Shown in pieces: positions 45,691-55,309 of a stretch of DNA of 64,000 bases. Source of the stretch: a bacterium (GTDB taxonomy: Bacteria > Planctomycetota > Planctomycetia > Planctomycetales > Planctomycetaceae); NCBI GenBank assembly GCA_016124895.1, contig WGMU01000100.1, positions 1 to 64,000 on the forward strand, given 5' to 3'. Position numbers and translations under genes: made by a program. Under the pieces are notes generated by a model that had not been told where the DNA came from, did not search any database, and worked only from the letters and a program-made list of their open reading frames with translations. Position 1 is the first letter of the stretch; every line of letters starts with the position of its first letter.

Positions 45691-46587
45691 TTATATCCGG
45701 TGAACCCGCTGCTCGCGAACAACCTTCGCGTCGGCTTCGTTGATCTTGATGCCGAACCGCTCGCCGACTTTGACCGCTTCGCCGCGGAATTTCAGCTTGT
45801 CGGCAACGAAGACGTCCAGCAGCGATTCGCACGTCTTGTTAAACGTAATCAACGTGCCGGGAGTGATATTGCGAACCTGGTTGACGTCGACTTTCTTGGA
45901 GGCAATTCTGACCGTCAGGTCGACGGGCACTTTCAGAACCCGGCCACTGTGCCTGACTCCGAGCGTCGCCGCCGATGACTTCTCCGGTTTCTGAACGGCT
46001 GGCGGAGTCGACCTGGCAGAACTTGCCGGCTGTGGTGGAGTCATTGCCGCTGGCTGTTCCGGCGCTGGCCACGGAGCAACAGACTCCAGCACGGGATTCG
46101 TCACCGGCCAGACCAGCAGCAGCGAGCAGGTCGGCTCGTCGGAATCGGGAAGTCTGAGCTGCACTTCAAGAACGGACGCATCGTCGACCGGCGCCAGCTT
46201 TTCGAACTGCTGTTTCAGACTTTGTGTCGCCGCCGAGCCAAAACCTGTCGTCTCCAGATCGAGCGGAAACAGTCCGACGGACCACTCCATACCGATCGTC
46301 TGAAGCTGATTTGCCTGGCCTTCGCTGGGTGAACGGTACCAGTCGGGAATCGGCAGGCTCTCGGGGATCAGACAGACTGCCCCCTCGTCGCCAAACTGAA
46401 ACGTAACAGCAATCCCCGCCGCATCGCCGATCCGCTCCGTGGCGACATTCGCTCCGCTGAGCAGTTCGCCGACGTTCGCTTCGAGATTTGTTCCAAAGCT
46501 GGAATTCAACGGCTGCACAATCGCCGCCGTATTTTCTCGACACGTTTCGACGATTTGCTGGCTGATTTCGGTAGTAAACACGGACAT
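45691..46587 (-). CDS. Flagellar motor switch FliN/FliY-like protein (C-terminal SpoA domain)
   Basis: The C-terminus VDLTVRIASKKVDVNQVRNITPGTLITFNK...DVFVADKLKFRGEAVKVGERFGIKI is a FliN/SpoA domain. The N-terminal region is CheC/FliY-like. Confidence 0.65.
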   Translation of the reverse strand: MSVFTTEISQQIVETCRENTAAIVQPLNSSFGTNLEANVGELLSGANVATERIGDAAGIAVTFQFGDEGAVCLIPESLPIPDWYRSPSEGQANQLQTIGMEWSVGLFPLDLETTGFGSAATQSLKQQFEKLAPVDDASVLEVQLRLPDSDEPTCSLLLVWPVTNPVLESVAPWPAPEQPAAMTPPQPASSARSTPPAVQKPEKSSAATLGVRHSGRVLKVPVDLTVRIASKKVDVNQVRNITPGTLITFNKTCESLLDVFVADKLKFRGEAVKVGERFGIKINEADAKVVREQRVHRI

Positions 46588-46777
46588 GCTGAGTCGATCC
46601 CCTCCCGGCCTGCGAAGCTCACCGCAGCGTGCGCGCGAACCATCCTGGACGGCAGCTTTCAGATCGACCAGCAGCCAACAGGGGCTGCAGATTTATCCGA
46701 CGTCACTGGGAGGCTCTGCGGGGAAGTTCAGAGCGGGCAGTGAGAGACCATGTGCTCTCTCACTGATTCCGTCACGC

Positions 46778-49285
46778 TCAATGATTAAACAGAAACTCGC
46801 GCGTGCTCATCACGCTCCAGAAAACGTCTTCGAGCACGATTCGTTTCTGCTCCGCATCTGAGTCGGGAATGGCATTTAACACGGCGACGGTTTCGTTCCG
46901 TTCCTTCTCGGTCGGTTTTCGAGCCAGGCACAACCGGAAAACCTCATCGACGACTTCCTCGTCAGACTTTTCCGATGCCAGCAGCGCGGTCAGGCGGTTG
47001 TCTTTGGCGCTCAGCTTACTGTTGATCGTGTCACCGTTCGCGATATGCAGGACCTGAACCATGCTCGGTTCTTCCGAGCGTTCGCATTCGCAAGTGATCT
47101 CGCGATCGTTGCGGCCGAACGTTTTCAGGAAGTAGGACTCGACAGCGGAATCGTAAAGCTGAATCGCTCGTGTTCCTTTCGGATAGAACTTCGTTTCCTG
47201 ACGATCGCCGCCGGGAAACGCGACGTGCGTAAATTCAGTCGGTACCTGCGTGACCTGCGAGACGGCATCGAGCAGCACTTCCGCCATCAGTCGCTTCGGA
47301 TAGTAGCGAGAGAAGTAACGGTCTTCTTCGCGGTTCTCATCGAGCGCCACGCTGCTGCGCTGATAAGTTCGCGACTGCAGAATCGTCCGCATGAGCGACT
47401 TCAGATTGAAGTCCGCGTCGACCAGATGCTGAGCCGCGGCTGCGAGCAGGGCTTCGTTGCTGGCCGGGTTCGAGCGGCGCAGATCGTCGACTTCGTTCAC
47501 GATCCCGACGCCGAAGAAGTTCGCCCACAGACGATTGGTGATTGACCGCGTGAAATACGGATTGGCCGGACTGGTCAGCCATGCAGCGACGTGTTCCCGG
47601 CGGTCCTCTCTTGCGTCAAACGCAACGGGATCACCATCGAGCGGTGTCGGTGGCTGCGGTCGGCCTGTGCGTGGCTGAACGAGTTCACCGGCCGGAACGA
47701 CATACAGCGTTCGGACGCCATCGCCACTGCGCACGTCGCCGCCCCAGCCTTTCGCCCGTATGCGCGAAAACAGATTCGCGAAGGCGTAGTATTGATTGTT
47801 GGTCCATTTCTCGAGCGGATGGTTGTGGCACTTCGCGCAGGCGATCGACAGGCCCATGAACGCCTGGCTGACGTTCTCGGCCATGTTTTCCGGATCCTGA
47901 TGCAGTGCGAAAAAGTTCGTGGCTCCGTTTTCAATGGAGCTGCCGGTCGACGTGACGATCTTCCGTACGAATTCATCCCACGGCGTATTCTCAGCGACCT
48001 CGTTACGGATCCATTTGTAGTAAGCCTCGACCGCCTGAGGTCGCAGGCGGTTGCCGGAAATCGTCAGGACGTCGCACCACTTGTAAGTCCAGTAGTCGAC
48101 GAACTCGGGCCGCGCCAGCAACAAGTCGATCAGCGCATCGCGTTTGTCTGGTGAGGCGTCTTCCTCAAACGCCGTAACTTCCTCGATGGTCGGCAGCGTG
48201 CCGATCGTGTCGAGAAAAGCGCGACGAATAAACTCGTTGTCGGTGCAGAGCGGCGAGGGCTTCAGATGCAGATCCTGCAGCTTGCCGAGAACCAGATCGT
48301 CGATGAAGTTGCGCCGCGGTTCGCTTGTAAAAACGTCTGCCGGGATGTCATACGGAAACGGACTGGTCAGCCGCGCGATCACGATTCGGCTGGCAAACCA
48401 CGCGGTGACGGCTCCTCCGCCGTGCCCGATGACGGAAGCCATTCCATCGTCACTGATCTTCGCGACAGTCTCGTTCGTCGAGGTGAACTTCGCCCACTCG
48501 GTGACGTCTTCCGTATGCCCGTCCGAGTAGTGAGCGAGGACCAGAAACTGCTGTTCCTGGCCGACCGTCAGCCGAACATCTTCCGGCAGTACCTCAATAC
48601 GCGTAACGACTGGGTCCGAGTCAGCCGGCGGCTTGGCGCCGGCACTGATCCATTCGGCCAGAATCTGATAGCTCGGCGAGTCCGTGTCGAAACGCAGCCC
48701 GCCTTTGTGCGGCAGAGCGCCAGTCGGCTTGGCAAGCAGCAGACTGCGGCCCGGATCGGCGAGTTCAACGCGTCGACCTCGCGCATCCTTCACCATCGAA
48801 AAGTGATCGGCTGCCGGGTCGTAACCGCGGAGCGAAAGTCGAAAGCCACCCTTCCCGGCCAGCGCCCCGTGACACGCGCCCGAGTTGCACGCCTGCCTGG
48901 CCAGCACCGCCTGGACATGATTACGAAAGCTCCATTCGTGTGGCACATCAAACTTTTCGACCGTGACGTTGACGCTCGCCGAGCCGTCGTTCGTCTTCGC
49001 GGTAATTGTCGCGCTGCCATTCGCGACGGGCACAACGACGCCATCAACGACTTTCGCGATCAGCGGCGCATCAGATGACCATTCGATGCCATCGAGAACC
49101 TGCCCGATCAGACGTGAGTCGACCTGCCGCTCCAGCAGCAGCCGCTGCGAGGCACGCGGTCCTGTCAACTGAACGGACTCCGGCAGCAGTCGCAGCGATT
49201 CGTCTGCGATGCAGCTTTCCGTTCGCCACAATGAAACGAGACCTGCCAGGGCAATCAGAGCAACGACGAGTTTCACAGCGTTCAA
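46778..49285 (-). CDS. Planctomycete PSCyt1 - Big_2 - DUF1549 (PSCyt2) - DUF1553 (PSD1) secreted protein
   Basis: CNSGACHG (PSCyt1), Ig-like region, DNEFIRRAFLDTIGTLPT (DUF1549), LSIACAKCHNHPLEKW (DUF1553). 835 aa. Confidence 0.75.
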   Translation of the reverse strand: MNAVKLVVALIALAGLVSLWRTESCIADESLRLLPESVQLTGPRASQRLLLERQVDSRLIGQVLDGIEWSSDAPLIAKVVDGVVVPVANGSATITAKTNDGSASVNVTVEKFDVPHEWSFRNHVQAVLARQACNSGACHGALAGKGGFRLSLRGYDPAADHFSMVKDARGRRVELADPGRSLLLAKPTGALPHKGGLRFDTDSPSYQILAEWISAGAKPPADSDPVVTRIEVLPEDVRLTVGQEQQFLVLAHYSDGHTEDVTEWAKFTSTNETVAKISDDGMASVIGHGGGAVTAWFASRIVIARLTSPFPYDIPADVFTSEPRRNFIDDLVLGKLQDLHLKPSPLCTDNEFIRRAFLDTIGTLPTIEEVTAFEEDASPDKRDALIDLLLARPEFVDYWTYKWCDVLTISGNRLRPQAVEAYYKWIRNEVAENTPWDEFVRKIVTSTGSSIENGATNFFALHQDPENMAENVSQAFMGLSIACAKCHNHPLEKWTNNQYYAFANLFSRIRAKGWGGDVRSGDGVRTLYVVPAGELVQPRTGRPQPPTPLDGDPVAFDAREDRREHVAAWLTSPANPYFTRSITNRLWANFFGVGIVNEVDDLRRSNPASNEALLAAAAQHLVDADFNLKSLMRTILQSRTYQRSSVALDENREEDRYFSRYYPKRLMAEVLLDAVSQVTQVPTEFTHVAFPGGDRQETKFYPKGTRAIQLYDSAVESYFLKTFGRNDREITCECERSEEPSMVQVLHIANGDTINSKLSAKDNRLTALLASEKSDEEVVDEVFRLCLARKPTEKERNETVAVLNAIPDSDAEQKRIVLEDVFWSVMSTREFLFNH

Positions 49286-49330
49286 CCTTTGAATTCTCGC
49301 AGAGGACGGCGGACAGCGTTCGAACGACGT

Positions 49331-50806
49331 TCAGGCCTGCAGACGCGCCTGAACCAGCGGCTCAAACTCGCTCGCCGAAACTTCCCTGCCGGTGATGGAC
49401 TTGATCTGTGTCGACAGAACGTCGGCGTAAATCGCAGCAGGCTCGACGACCTTCGACCCGCGGCCCCGCGCTTCGCGAGTGAACTCGCTGTCCGTTGGCA
49501 TCGTTGTGACGTCGCAGACGGTCATCCGCGGAATCAGATACGACGGATTGAACTCCACCTTGCCGGCGCCCGAACGAAGATTCGGATCAGCGATGACGAC
49601 AACATCTGACAGCGTGCTGTAGAGGTTCTGAAACGGGACGAAGCGGACGTTAAACGACGCGGCGACCGCCTTTGCCTGCTTGTCATCCGGAGAAGTTACG
49701 CTGACCAGCCCTTTGCGCTTCGCGATGCCGTAAATCATTGACTTGGCCAGGCTGCCGGACCCAATGATCAGAACGTTCTGCTTGTCGAGCGGCCGGTTAT
49801 TGTCACTGCCGTCGGCCACCTGCCGTTCGAGCATCCGCACAGCACTGCGCCAGCCGGTGTTCCAGGCCTGCCATTTGCCTTTCTTGTTGAGCATCAGATC
49901 GGCGTACTGGCTGAGTTCAGCAGACTCTTCCAGTTCATCGGCAATCGAGATCACTTCGTCGCCCAGATCACGGCTTGTCACGATCGCGTTGACCTTCAGC
50001 GCTTCGAGCATCGACTTCAGTTTGTCGATCTTTTCGCTCATCAGCGGCAGACAGCGAACATTCAGGTTCAGCCGTTTGAAGACACGATTGAAGCACTGAC
50101 ACGTCAGGTCTTCTGCCCCTCCCATGCCGATCACGCCGATGAAGTGCGTATTCGGATCGATCTCGCGCCACTGATAAAAGTCGTCGAGATCGCTGACGGT
50201 CGCCTGCTCGTCGAACGCTTCCATCCCGCGTTCCAGCGCCGCATAGATCCACGGCGATCCGTACTTGCGGCCGAGCAGAGAGAACGTCAGTCCGGCACGG
50301 CCAAGCCCGAACCCAACGGCCGGCAGAGCGTTCTTTTTCGCGACAGCGGCCAGCAAGGGCCAGGCAGCTTCAAGCGTCGGCGTCGGCCAGGTGAACTTGA
50401 CGATGTCTGCGTTGAGTTGCTTCGCTTCGGCAAAGATTTCCTCAATGTCCGTGGCGTTGAACGGCTTCCGCAGACTCGTGTAACTGACGACACGTTTCGT
50501 ATTGCCAAAACGCGGAATCGTCTGCGCGGATTCGTAATCGAGTTCGATATAGGCTGGCCCGGCGACGATCGCCTGTCGCAGCAGAGCCAGCCTCTGCTCA
50601 TCTGAACCCTCAAACTGCCCGCCCTCAATCTTGCGCCGGCACGAAACGAGCACAGGCTTGTCGACTCCGCCAATCAGATCGGCGACGTCCGGTTCCTTGA
50701 CCAGCCGATCGAGACACAGCTCGATCAGGTCGCTTTGACGCGCAGCATTGAGCATGTCGACTTTGGCAAACGTCCGGGACGCAGGAGTCACAGAGATGCA
50801 GATCAT
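49331..50806 (-). CDS. Bifunctional 3-dehydroquinate dehydratase (type I, AroD) / shikimate dehydrogenase (AroE)
   Basis: N-terminal AroD-like TIM barrel; C-terminal AroE with the NAD(P) Rossmann motif LIIGSGSLAKS. Start set at ATG 50804-50806. Confidence 0.65.
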   Translation of the reverse strand: MICISVTPASRTFAKVDMLNAARQSDLIELCLDRLVKEPDVADLIGGVDKPVLVSCRRKIEGGQFEGSDEQRLALLRQAIVAGPAYIELDYESAQTIPRFGNTKRVVSYTSLRKPFNATDIEEIFAEAKQLNADIVKFTWPTPTLEAAWPLLAAVAKKNALPAVGFGLGRAGLTFSLLGRKYGSPWIYAALERGMEAFDEQATVSDLDDFYQWREIDPNTHFIGVIGMGGAEDLTCQCFNRVFKRLNLNVRCLPLMSEKIDKLKSMLEALKVNAIVTSRDLGDEVISIADELEESAELSQYADLMLNKKGKWQAWNTGWRSAVRMLERQVADGSDNNRPLDKQNVLIIGSGSLAKSMIYGIAKRKGLVSVTSPDDKQAKAVAASFNVRFVPFQNLYSTLSDVVVIADPNLRSGAGKVEFNPSYLIPRMTVCDVTTMPTDSEFTREARGRGSKVVEPAAIYADVLSTQIKSITGREVSASEFEPLVQARLQA

Positions 50807-51285
50807 GAGGGTGCCCTGAAACTGACGCCGTTGAAAATTGTGCGAAAACACCACGCGTCGACAGGGCAACAGAATAAGCGCAGCGAATCGGTCTGTCACT
50901 TTCCGCCGTAATCGGAACAGATCAGCAGCCAGCGGCTTTGAGTGTTCAAACGACTGCCGCATCTGCCGATACGAGCGCAAAGCTGCCGGCGGACCAGATC
51001 GAACTGAGCGAAGCCATCGGCCAATTTTGAGGAGAAACGGCAGCTTCCCAGGTCACGCTTCAGTTTCCGGCAATGGCGGGAGCAGTCCTGAACAGACCGA
51101 AGTTGAAGCGATTTCTGGTTTTGGGGTAGCATCCGCGGCCGAGGAACGGAATCTGTTTTGAGCATTGCGGGAGTTTGCCCGTACTGCGTATCTCGATCGG
51201 CGGAGTGTCTCCGCCATCAACTCTGGCAGGCTGGAACGCTGACAGGCGTCAGTGTCTTCAACTGCCGTCAGCACGGAGTGCCGAC

Positions 51286-51570
51286 ATGGATGTAAGTAGT
51301 ATCGGCCCCATCGGTAGCGGGCAGCCCGTTCGACGGATCAATCAACCCAGCGAACAGCAGGCCCCTCAGGAAGCCCGGCCTGTGTCGCCCACCGACGAAC
51401 TGGAACTCAGCTCGGTGGACTCAGCGGCGGCCGAGGTTGAACTGCAGAATCAGTTTCGAGCAGTGCGGCTCGAGCAGATTCGGCAGCAGATCGAAGCCGG
51501 GACGTACGACACACCGGAGAAGTTCGACGCGGCTGTCAACCGGATGCTCGAACAACTGCTGGCCGACTGA
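51286..51570 (+). CDS. flgM: Anti-sigma-28 factor FlgM
   Basis: 94 aa. The C-terminal VRLEQIRQQIEAGTYDTPEKFDAAVNRMLEQLL matches the conserved FlgM C-terminus. Confidence 0.65.
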   Translation: MDVSSIGPIGSGQPVRRINQPSEQQAPQEARPVSPTDELELSSVDSAAAEVELQNQFRAVRLEQIRQQIEAGTYDTPEKFDAAVNRMLEQLLAD

Positions 51571-51708
51571 CAGGCATTGGATTCAAAACGGCGGCAGTCC
51601 GTTCGAACGAGGTCAATTTATTGGGTCCGGGCAGCCTGTTCCAAACGCCGAATCTGGCCGCGAGAGTGGTCTGCCGACACGACAGCAGGGCGCAGTTAGC
51701 TAGCTGGT

Positions 51709-52284
51709 TTGTTTGATCATCGATTCCGTCGCAGTTCTGCGAATGAGGTGCAGGCAGCGTTCTGGCTGCCAGGGGAGGCTCGTGTGAGCGACGATATTGG
51801 GTCACTCGACGAAGGTGCGTCTCCCGTCGAGAAATTTCGCGAGTTTCTCGTCACCAAACGCCAGCGTCTGACGCGCGAGCGGGAAATCATCGTCGAAGAA
51901 GTCTTCTCTTCGCACGAGCACTTTGAACCAGACGACCTGATCGATCGCCTGAGCAACCGACACGACAGCCGCCGTGTCAGCCGATCGAGCGTGTATCGGA
52001 CGCTTGCTCTGATGGAAGAGGCCGGACTGCTCCGCAAAGTCGCTCGCCCAAACGGGCGGGAAGTCTACGAACACGATTACGGGTACCCTCAGCACGATCA
52101 TCTGATCTGCGATCAGTGCGGCATGCTGATCGAATTTCACAACGAAGAGATCGCTTCCATCGTGGAACGCATCGCGTCAGAACACGCGTTCCTCCGCAAG
52201 TCGCACCGGCTGGAAGTTTACGGCACCTGTGCCGACTGCCGCCGTCCCAAACAGCGCCGCCCGCGGAAACTCGATCTGATCTGA
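51709..52284 (+). CDS. Fur-family metal-responsive transcriptional regulator (Fur/Zur/PerR); true start may be the downstream GTG (~51784)
   Basis: Winged-helix HHDHLICxxCG metal site (HDHLICDQCG) and a C-terminal CADC pair. Confidence 0.7.
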   Translation: MFDHRFRRSSANEVQAAFWLPGEARVSDDIGSLDEGASPVEKFREFLVTKRQRLTREREIIVEEVFSSHEHFEPDDLIDRLSNRHDSRRVSRSSVYRTLALMEEAGLLRKVARPNGREVYEHDYGYPQHDHLICDQCGMLIEFHNEEIASIVERIASEHAFLRKSHRLEVYGTCADCRRPKQRRPRKLDLI

Positions 52285-52524
52285 GCGGCCGAAGCCTGGC
52301 GTTTCGGAACTGTCGCCAGCTTTCTCCAGAACCTGGTCGGACGCGATGTGAAAGTGACACCCGAGACCGGGCGCAACACCGCGCAACAGCCCCTCCGAAC
52401 CCGCTCCCTGCGTTGCCAGTTTCGTCCCAATGGATACTTCTCTCGACGTATCCTACGGTTTCGGAGACAGCAAACTACAGTTCACGCACAGCAATCAGTT
52501 GTTCCGAACTCTCACGAGATCAAG

Positions 52525-53820
52525 ATGCACGAAGCGAAAGACACGGCCCGAGCACTGGTCCGCATCGGCTACGACGGGCGGGTTCATAAGCAGTTTCGAG
52601 CGGCAAATGCGAAAGAACGGTTCGACAACGAGGTGCGTGTGCTGCGCTACCTCGAAGAAAAAGGCTGCGATTTCGTTCCACGGCTGATCGGAGCTGACGA
52701 AGAAAACCTGAAAATCGTCACAACAAACTGCGGCGCACGCGTGGAACGATTGAGCGATGAGAAAATCGCCGAACTGTTCGCCGAGTTGGAATCGTACGGC
52801 GTCCGACACGATGACCCGTTTCTGCGAAACGTGACGTACCGCGCTCAGGACGGCCGCTTCTGCCTGATCGACTTCGAATTTGCAACGATCCTTGAGGACG
52901 AGGCTGGTGAATCAGCAACGGCACGAGCACAGGGCGCCGGGAAATCCGATCGCGAAAAGCCCCCGTCGATTTCCGTGCCGACATCCGCCGCTGGCTGGCT
53001 GCTTCGCTGGTCAGGAGTCACCGATATCGGCCGATTCCGACCGAACAACGAAGACACGTTTCTGACCATCGCCTTCGACAGGCAGGACTTCACCTACCTC
53101 GGCTGGGAAGGTTCAGCCGTGCTGTGTGGCCAGGACCTGATCTTCGCCGTCAGCGACGGAATGGGTGGCGAAAAATCCGGCGAGTTCGCCAGCCGCTGCA
53201 CTGTCGACAACGTCGTTCACATGATGCCGCGCCGGTTTGCGGTCTCACCGGCGCACTTCAAAGCTGAGATCACGGAATGTCTCGAAGTGCTGTTTCACAA
53301 GATCCACATGCAGCTCACGATGCTCGGCCAGTGCTACGAAGAGGGGCACAACATGGGTGCAACGCTGAGCCTGATCTGGTTCTGCCACGACCGCTTCTAT
53401 TTTGGACACCTGGGTGACAGTCGCATTTACCTGCTGCCCAAAGACGGCGGAATCCAACAGATCAGCCAGGACCATACCTATCCCGGCTGGCTGTATCGCA
53501 AAGGCGAGTTGAATGAGCGGCAGCTCCGCACACATCCTCGGAAGAATGTTCTCACTCAGTCGCTTGGATCGGGCAATCAGTTCATCGATCCTCAGATTGG
53601 CGAGATCGTCTGCCAGCCGGGTGACCGCATCGTCCTGTGTACCGACGGCGTCATTGACGGCCTCTGGAACCATGCTCTGGAAGACCTGATCCGCCATCCG
53701 CCGAAATCGCTCGACAACGTCCCGCCTGCTGAACGTCTCGTTCGCACCGCCGTCGCCGAATCCGGCCGGGACAATGCGACCGCGGTTGTCGTCGAAGTGG
53801 CCGAACAGTCGGACGGTTAA
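52525..53820 (+). CDS. Fusion of a minimal atypical protein-kinase-like domain (RIO/Kdo-kinase-like) with a PP2C-family Ser/Thr phosphatase. Start set at ATG 52525.
   Basis: N-terminal RVHKQF (candidate beta3 Lys), NEVRVLRYL (alphaC Glu), HDDPFLRNV (HxDxxxxN catalytic loop), LIDFEFA (DFG-like). C-terminal PP2C motifs FAVSDGMGGEKSGEFAS, GHLGDSRIYLL, LCTDGV. Confidence 0.55.
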   Translation: MHEAKDTARALVRIGYDGRVHKQFRAANAKERFDNEVRVLRYLEEKGCDFVPRLIGADEENLKIVTTNCGARVERLSDEKIAELFAELESYGVRHDDPFLRNVTYRAQDGRFCLIDFEFATILEDEAGESATARAQGAGKSDREKPPSISVPTSAAGWLLRWSGVTDIGRFRPNNEDTFLTIAFDRQDFTYLGWEGSAVLCGQDLIFAVSDGMGGEKSGEFASRCTVDNVVHMMPRRFAVSPAHFKAEITECLEVLFHKIHMQLTMLGQCYEEGHNMGATLSLIWFCHDRFYFGHLGDSRIYLLPKDGGIQQISQDHTYPGWLYRKGELNERQLRTHPRKNVLTQSLGSGNQFIDPQIGEIVCQPGDRIVLCTDGVIDGLWNHALEDLIRHPPKSLDNVPPAERLVRTAVAESGRDNATAVVVEVAEQSDG

Positions 53821-53840
53821 AGAGCGACGACTCCCTTAAA

Positions 53841-55142
53841 TCAGCCCAGCAGACCCGGCACGGGCTGGCCGCCGTCGACGATCTTCATCGGACGCCCCAG
53901 CGGGCTCATGTTTTCCTTGTGCGGATTGATGCGCAGCGCTTCGCAGATCGAGCAGAACAGATCATTCGGCGTCACCGGCTGATCCTGAATCGCCGTGCCG
54001 TCAGCCGTCGACGCTCCGATGAGCTGGCCGCCTTTGACGCCGGCGCCAGCGATCGCGGCGTTGAAGACCCGCGGGTAATGGTCGCGACCGCCGCGCGGAT
54101 TAATTCGCGGCGTCCGGCCGAACTCACCCATCCAGACGACGAGTGTCGTATCGAGCAGCCCGCGGTCTTTCAGGTCACTGATCAGCGCCGCCATGGCCGG
54201 ATCGACGACGGCCGCGTTTGCCGCGGTCTGCTCGAAGTTGTCCTGATGTGTGTCCCAGTTGACACCGGCCCCCGGCGCACCACGCGACGCAATTTCAACA
54301 AACGTGGTCCCGGCTTCGATCAGTCGGCGAGCCAGCAGGCAGCCTTTGCCGAACACCGTGTCGCCGTAGCGCTCCTTGAGCGTCTGCGGTTCGTCAGCAA
54401 TGTCGAACGCTTTGAGGTCCGAGCTGAGTACGAGCTTTGATGTCTTGCCGTACAACTGCCGGTGGTTTTTGACGACAACCTCGCCACCGCGGCCGGCAAA
54501 ATCGTCTTCCAGCCGGTCCAGCAGTCCGAGCCGCCGGGTGTAGCGACTCGAAGCAACGGAGACCTCGGTGTTCTGCGGCAGCGAACCAGGATCGTTGACG
54601 ACAAACGGCTCGTAATTGACTCCGAGGAACCCCGCACCCTGCGTGTTCCCCACTGAGACAACCGCCGGCAGATCGAACTCCCGATCGGCGAGTTCCTTCG
54701 CGATGTTCGCGGCAAGGCTTGGATGCTTCACACTGCCCGACGGGATATAGCCCGTGTGCATCTGGTAGGTCGCGCGAGGATGACTGCCTTCCTTGTTGGT
54801 CATCGAGCGAATCAGCGCCAGCTCGTTCATCAGGCCGGCCGTCTGCTCCCAGCCTTTGGCAATCCGGATGCCCGGCACGCTGGTCGAGATGACTTCGGTG
54901 CCGCCGCCGTTCTCGTGATCGGGCTTTGGATCGAACGTCTCAAACTGCGATGGTCCTCCGCCCATCCAGAGCAGGATCATCGACTTGCCCTGCTTCCGCA
55001 GTTCGGCCGCCTGCAGCGTCATCACGTCGCGCAGACTCAGCGACCCGGCCGCAAGTGCTCCGGCAGAAACCGTATGCAGAAAGCTGCGCCGCGACACTCG
55101 ATGGCGACGGATGCGGACGTGTTCGTGACGTTCGGTGGTCAT
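53841..55142 (-). CDS. DUF1501 protein (sulfatase-like fold; planctomycete partner of DUF1549/DUF1553) with a TAT signal. Start set at ATG 55140-55142.
   Basis: RRSFLHTVSAGALAAGS twin-arginine signal, followed by ILLWMGGGPSQFETFDPKP, typical of DUF1501. Confidence 0.8.
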   Translation of the reverse strand: MTTERHEHVRIRRHRVSRRSFLHTVSAGALAAGSLSLRDVMTLQAAELRKQGKSMILLWMGGGPSQFETFDPKPDHENGGGTEVISTSVPGIRIAKGWEQTAGLMNELALIRSMTNKEGSHPRATYQMHTGYIPSGSVKHPSLAANIAKELADREFDLPAVVSVGNTQGAGFLGVNYEPFVVNDPGSLPQNTEVSVASSRYTRRLGLLDRLEDDFAGRGGEVVVKNHRQLYGKTSKLVLSSDLKAFDIADEPQTLKERYGDTVFGKGCLLARRLIEAGTTFVEIASRGAPGAGVNWDTHQDNFEQTAANAAVVDPAMAALISDLKDRGLLDTTLVVWMGEFGRTPRINPRGGRDHYPRVFNAAIAGAGVKGGQLIGASTADGTAIQDQPVTPNDLFCSICEALRINPHKENMSPLGRPMKIVDGGQPVPGLLG

Positions 55143-55177
55143 GGCTGATCTCACTAAGAGATGGTGATTTCTTTTCT

Positions 55178-55290
55178 CGTTCCCATGCTCCGCGTGGGAA
55201 CGCTGGTTCGGACGCCCTGCGTCCATTCGTTGAATCGAACCACCGCAGAGCGGTGAGAGCTGGCATTCCAACGCGGAGCGTTGGAACGAG
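55178..55290. repeat. Structured inverted-repeat element in the DUF1553-DUF1501 intergenic spacer: hairpins CGTTCCCA-tgctccgcg-TGGGAACG, nested TGGTTCG..GGACGC-cct-GCGTCC..CGAACCA, and CATTCCAACG-cggag-CGTTGGAACG
   Basis: Direct reading. The first and last hairpins are inverted copies of each other; their stem differences are compensatory (stem preserved). Confidence 0.5.
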
Positions 55291-55309
55291 TAGTGGATTC
55301 TGAATAAGA

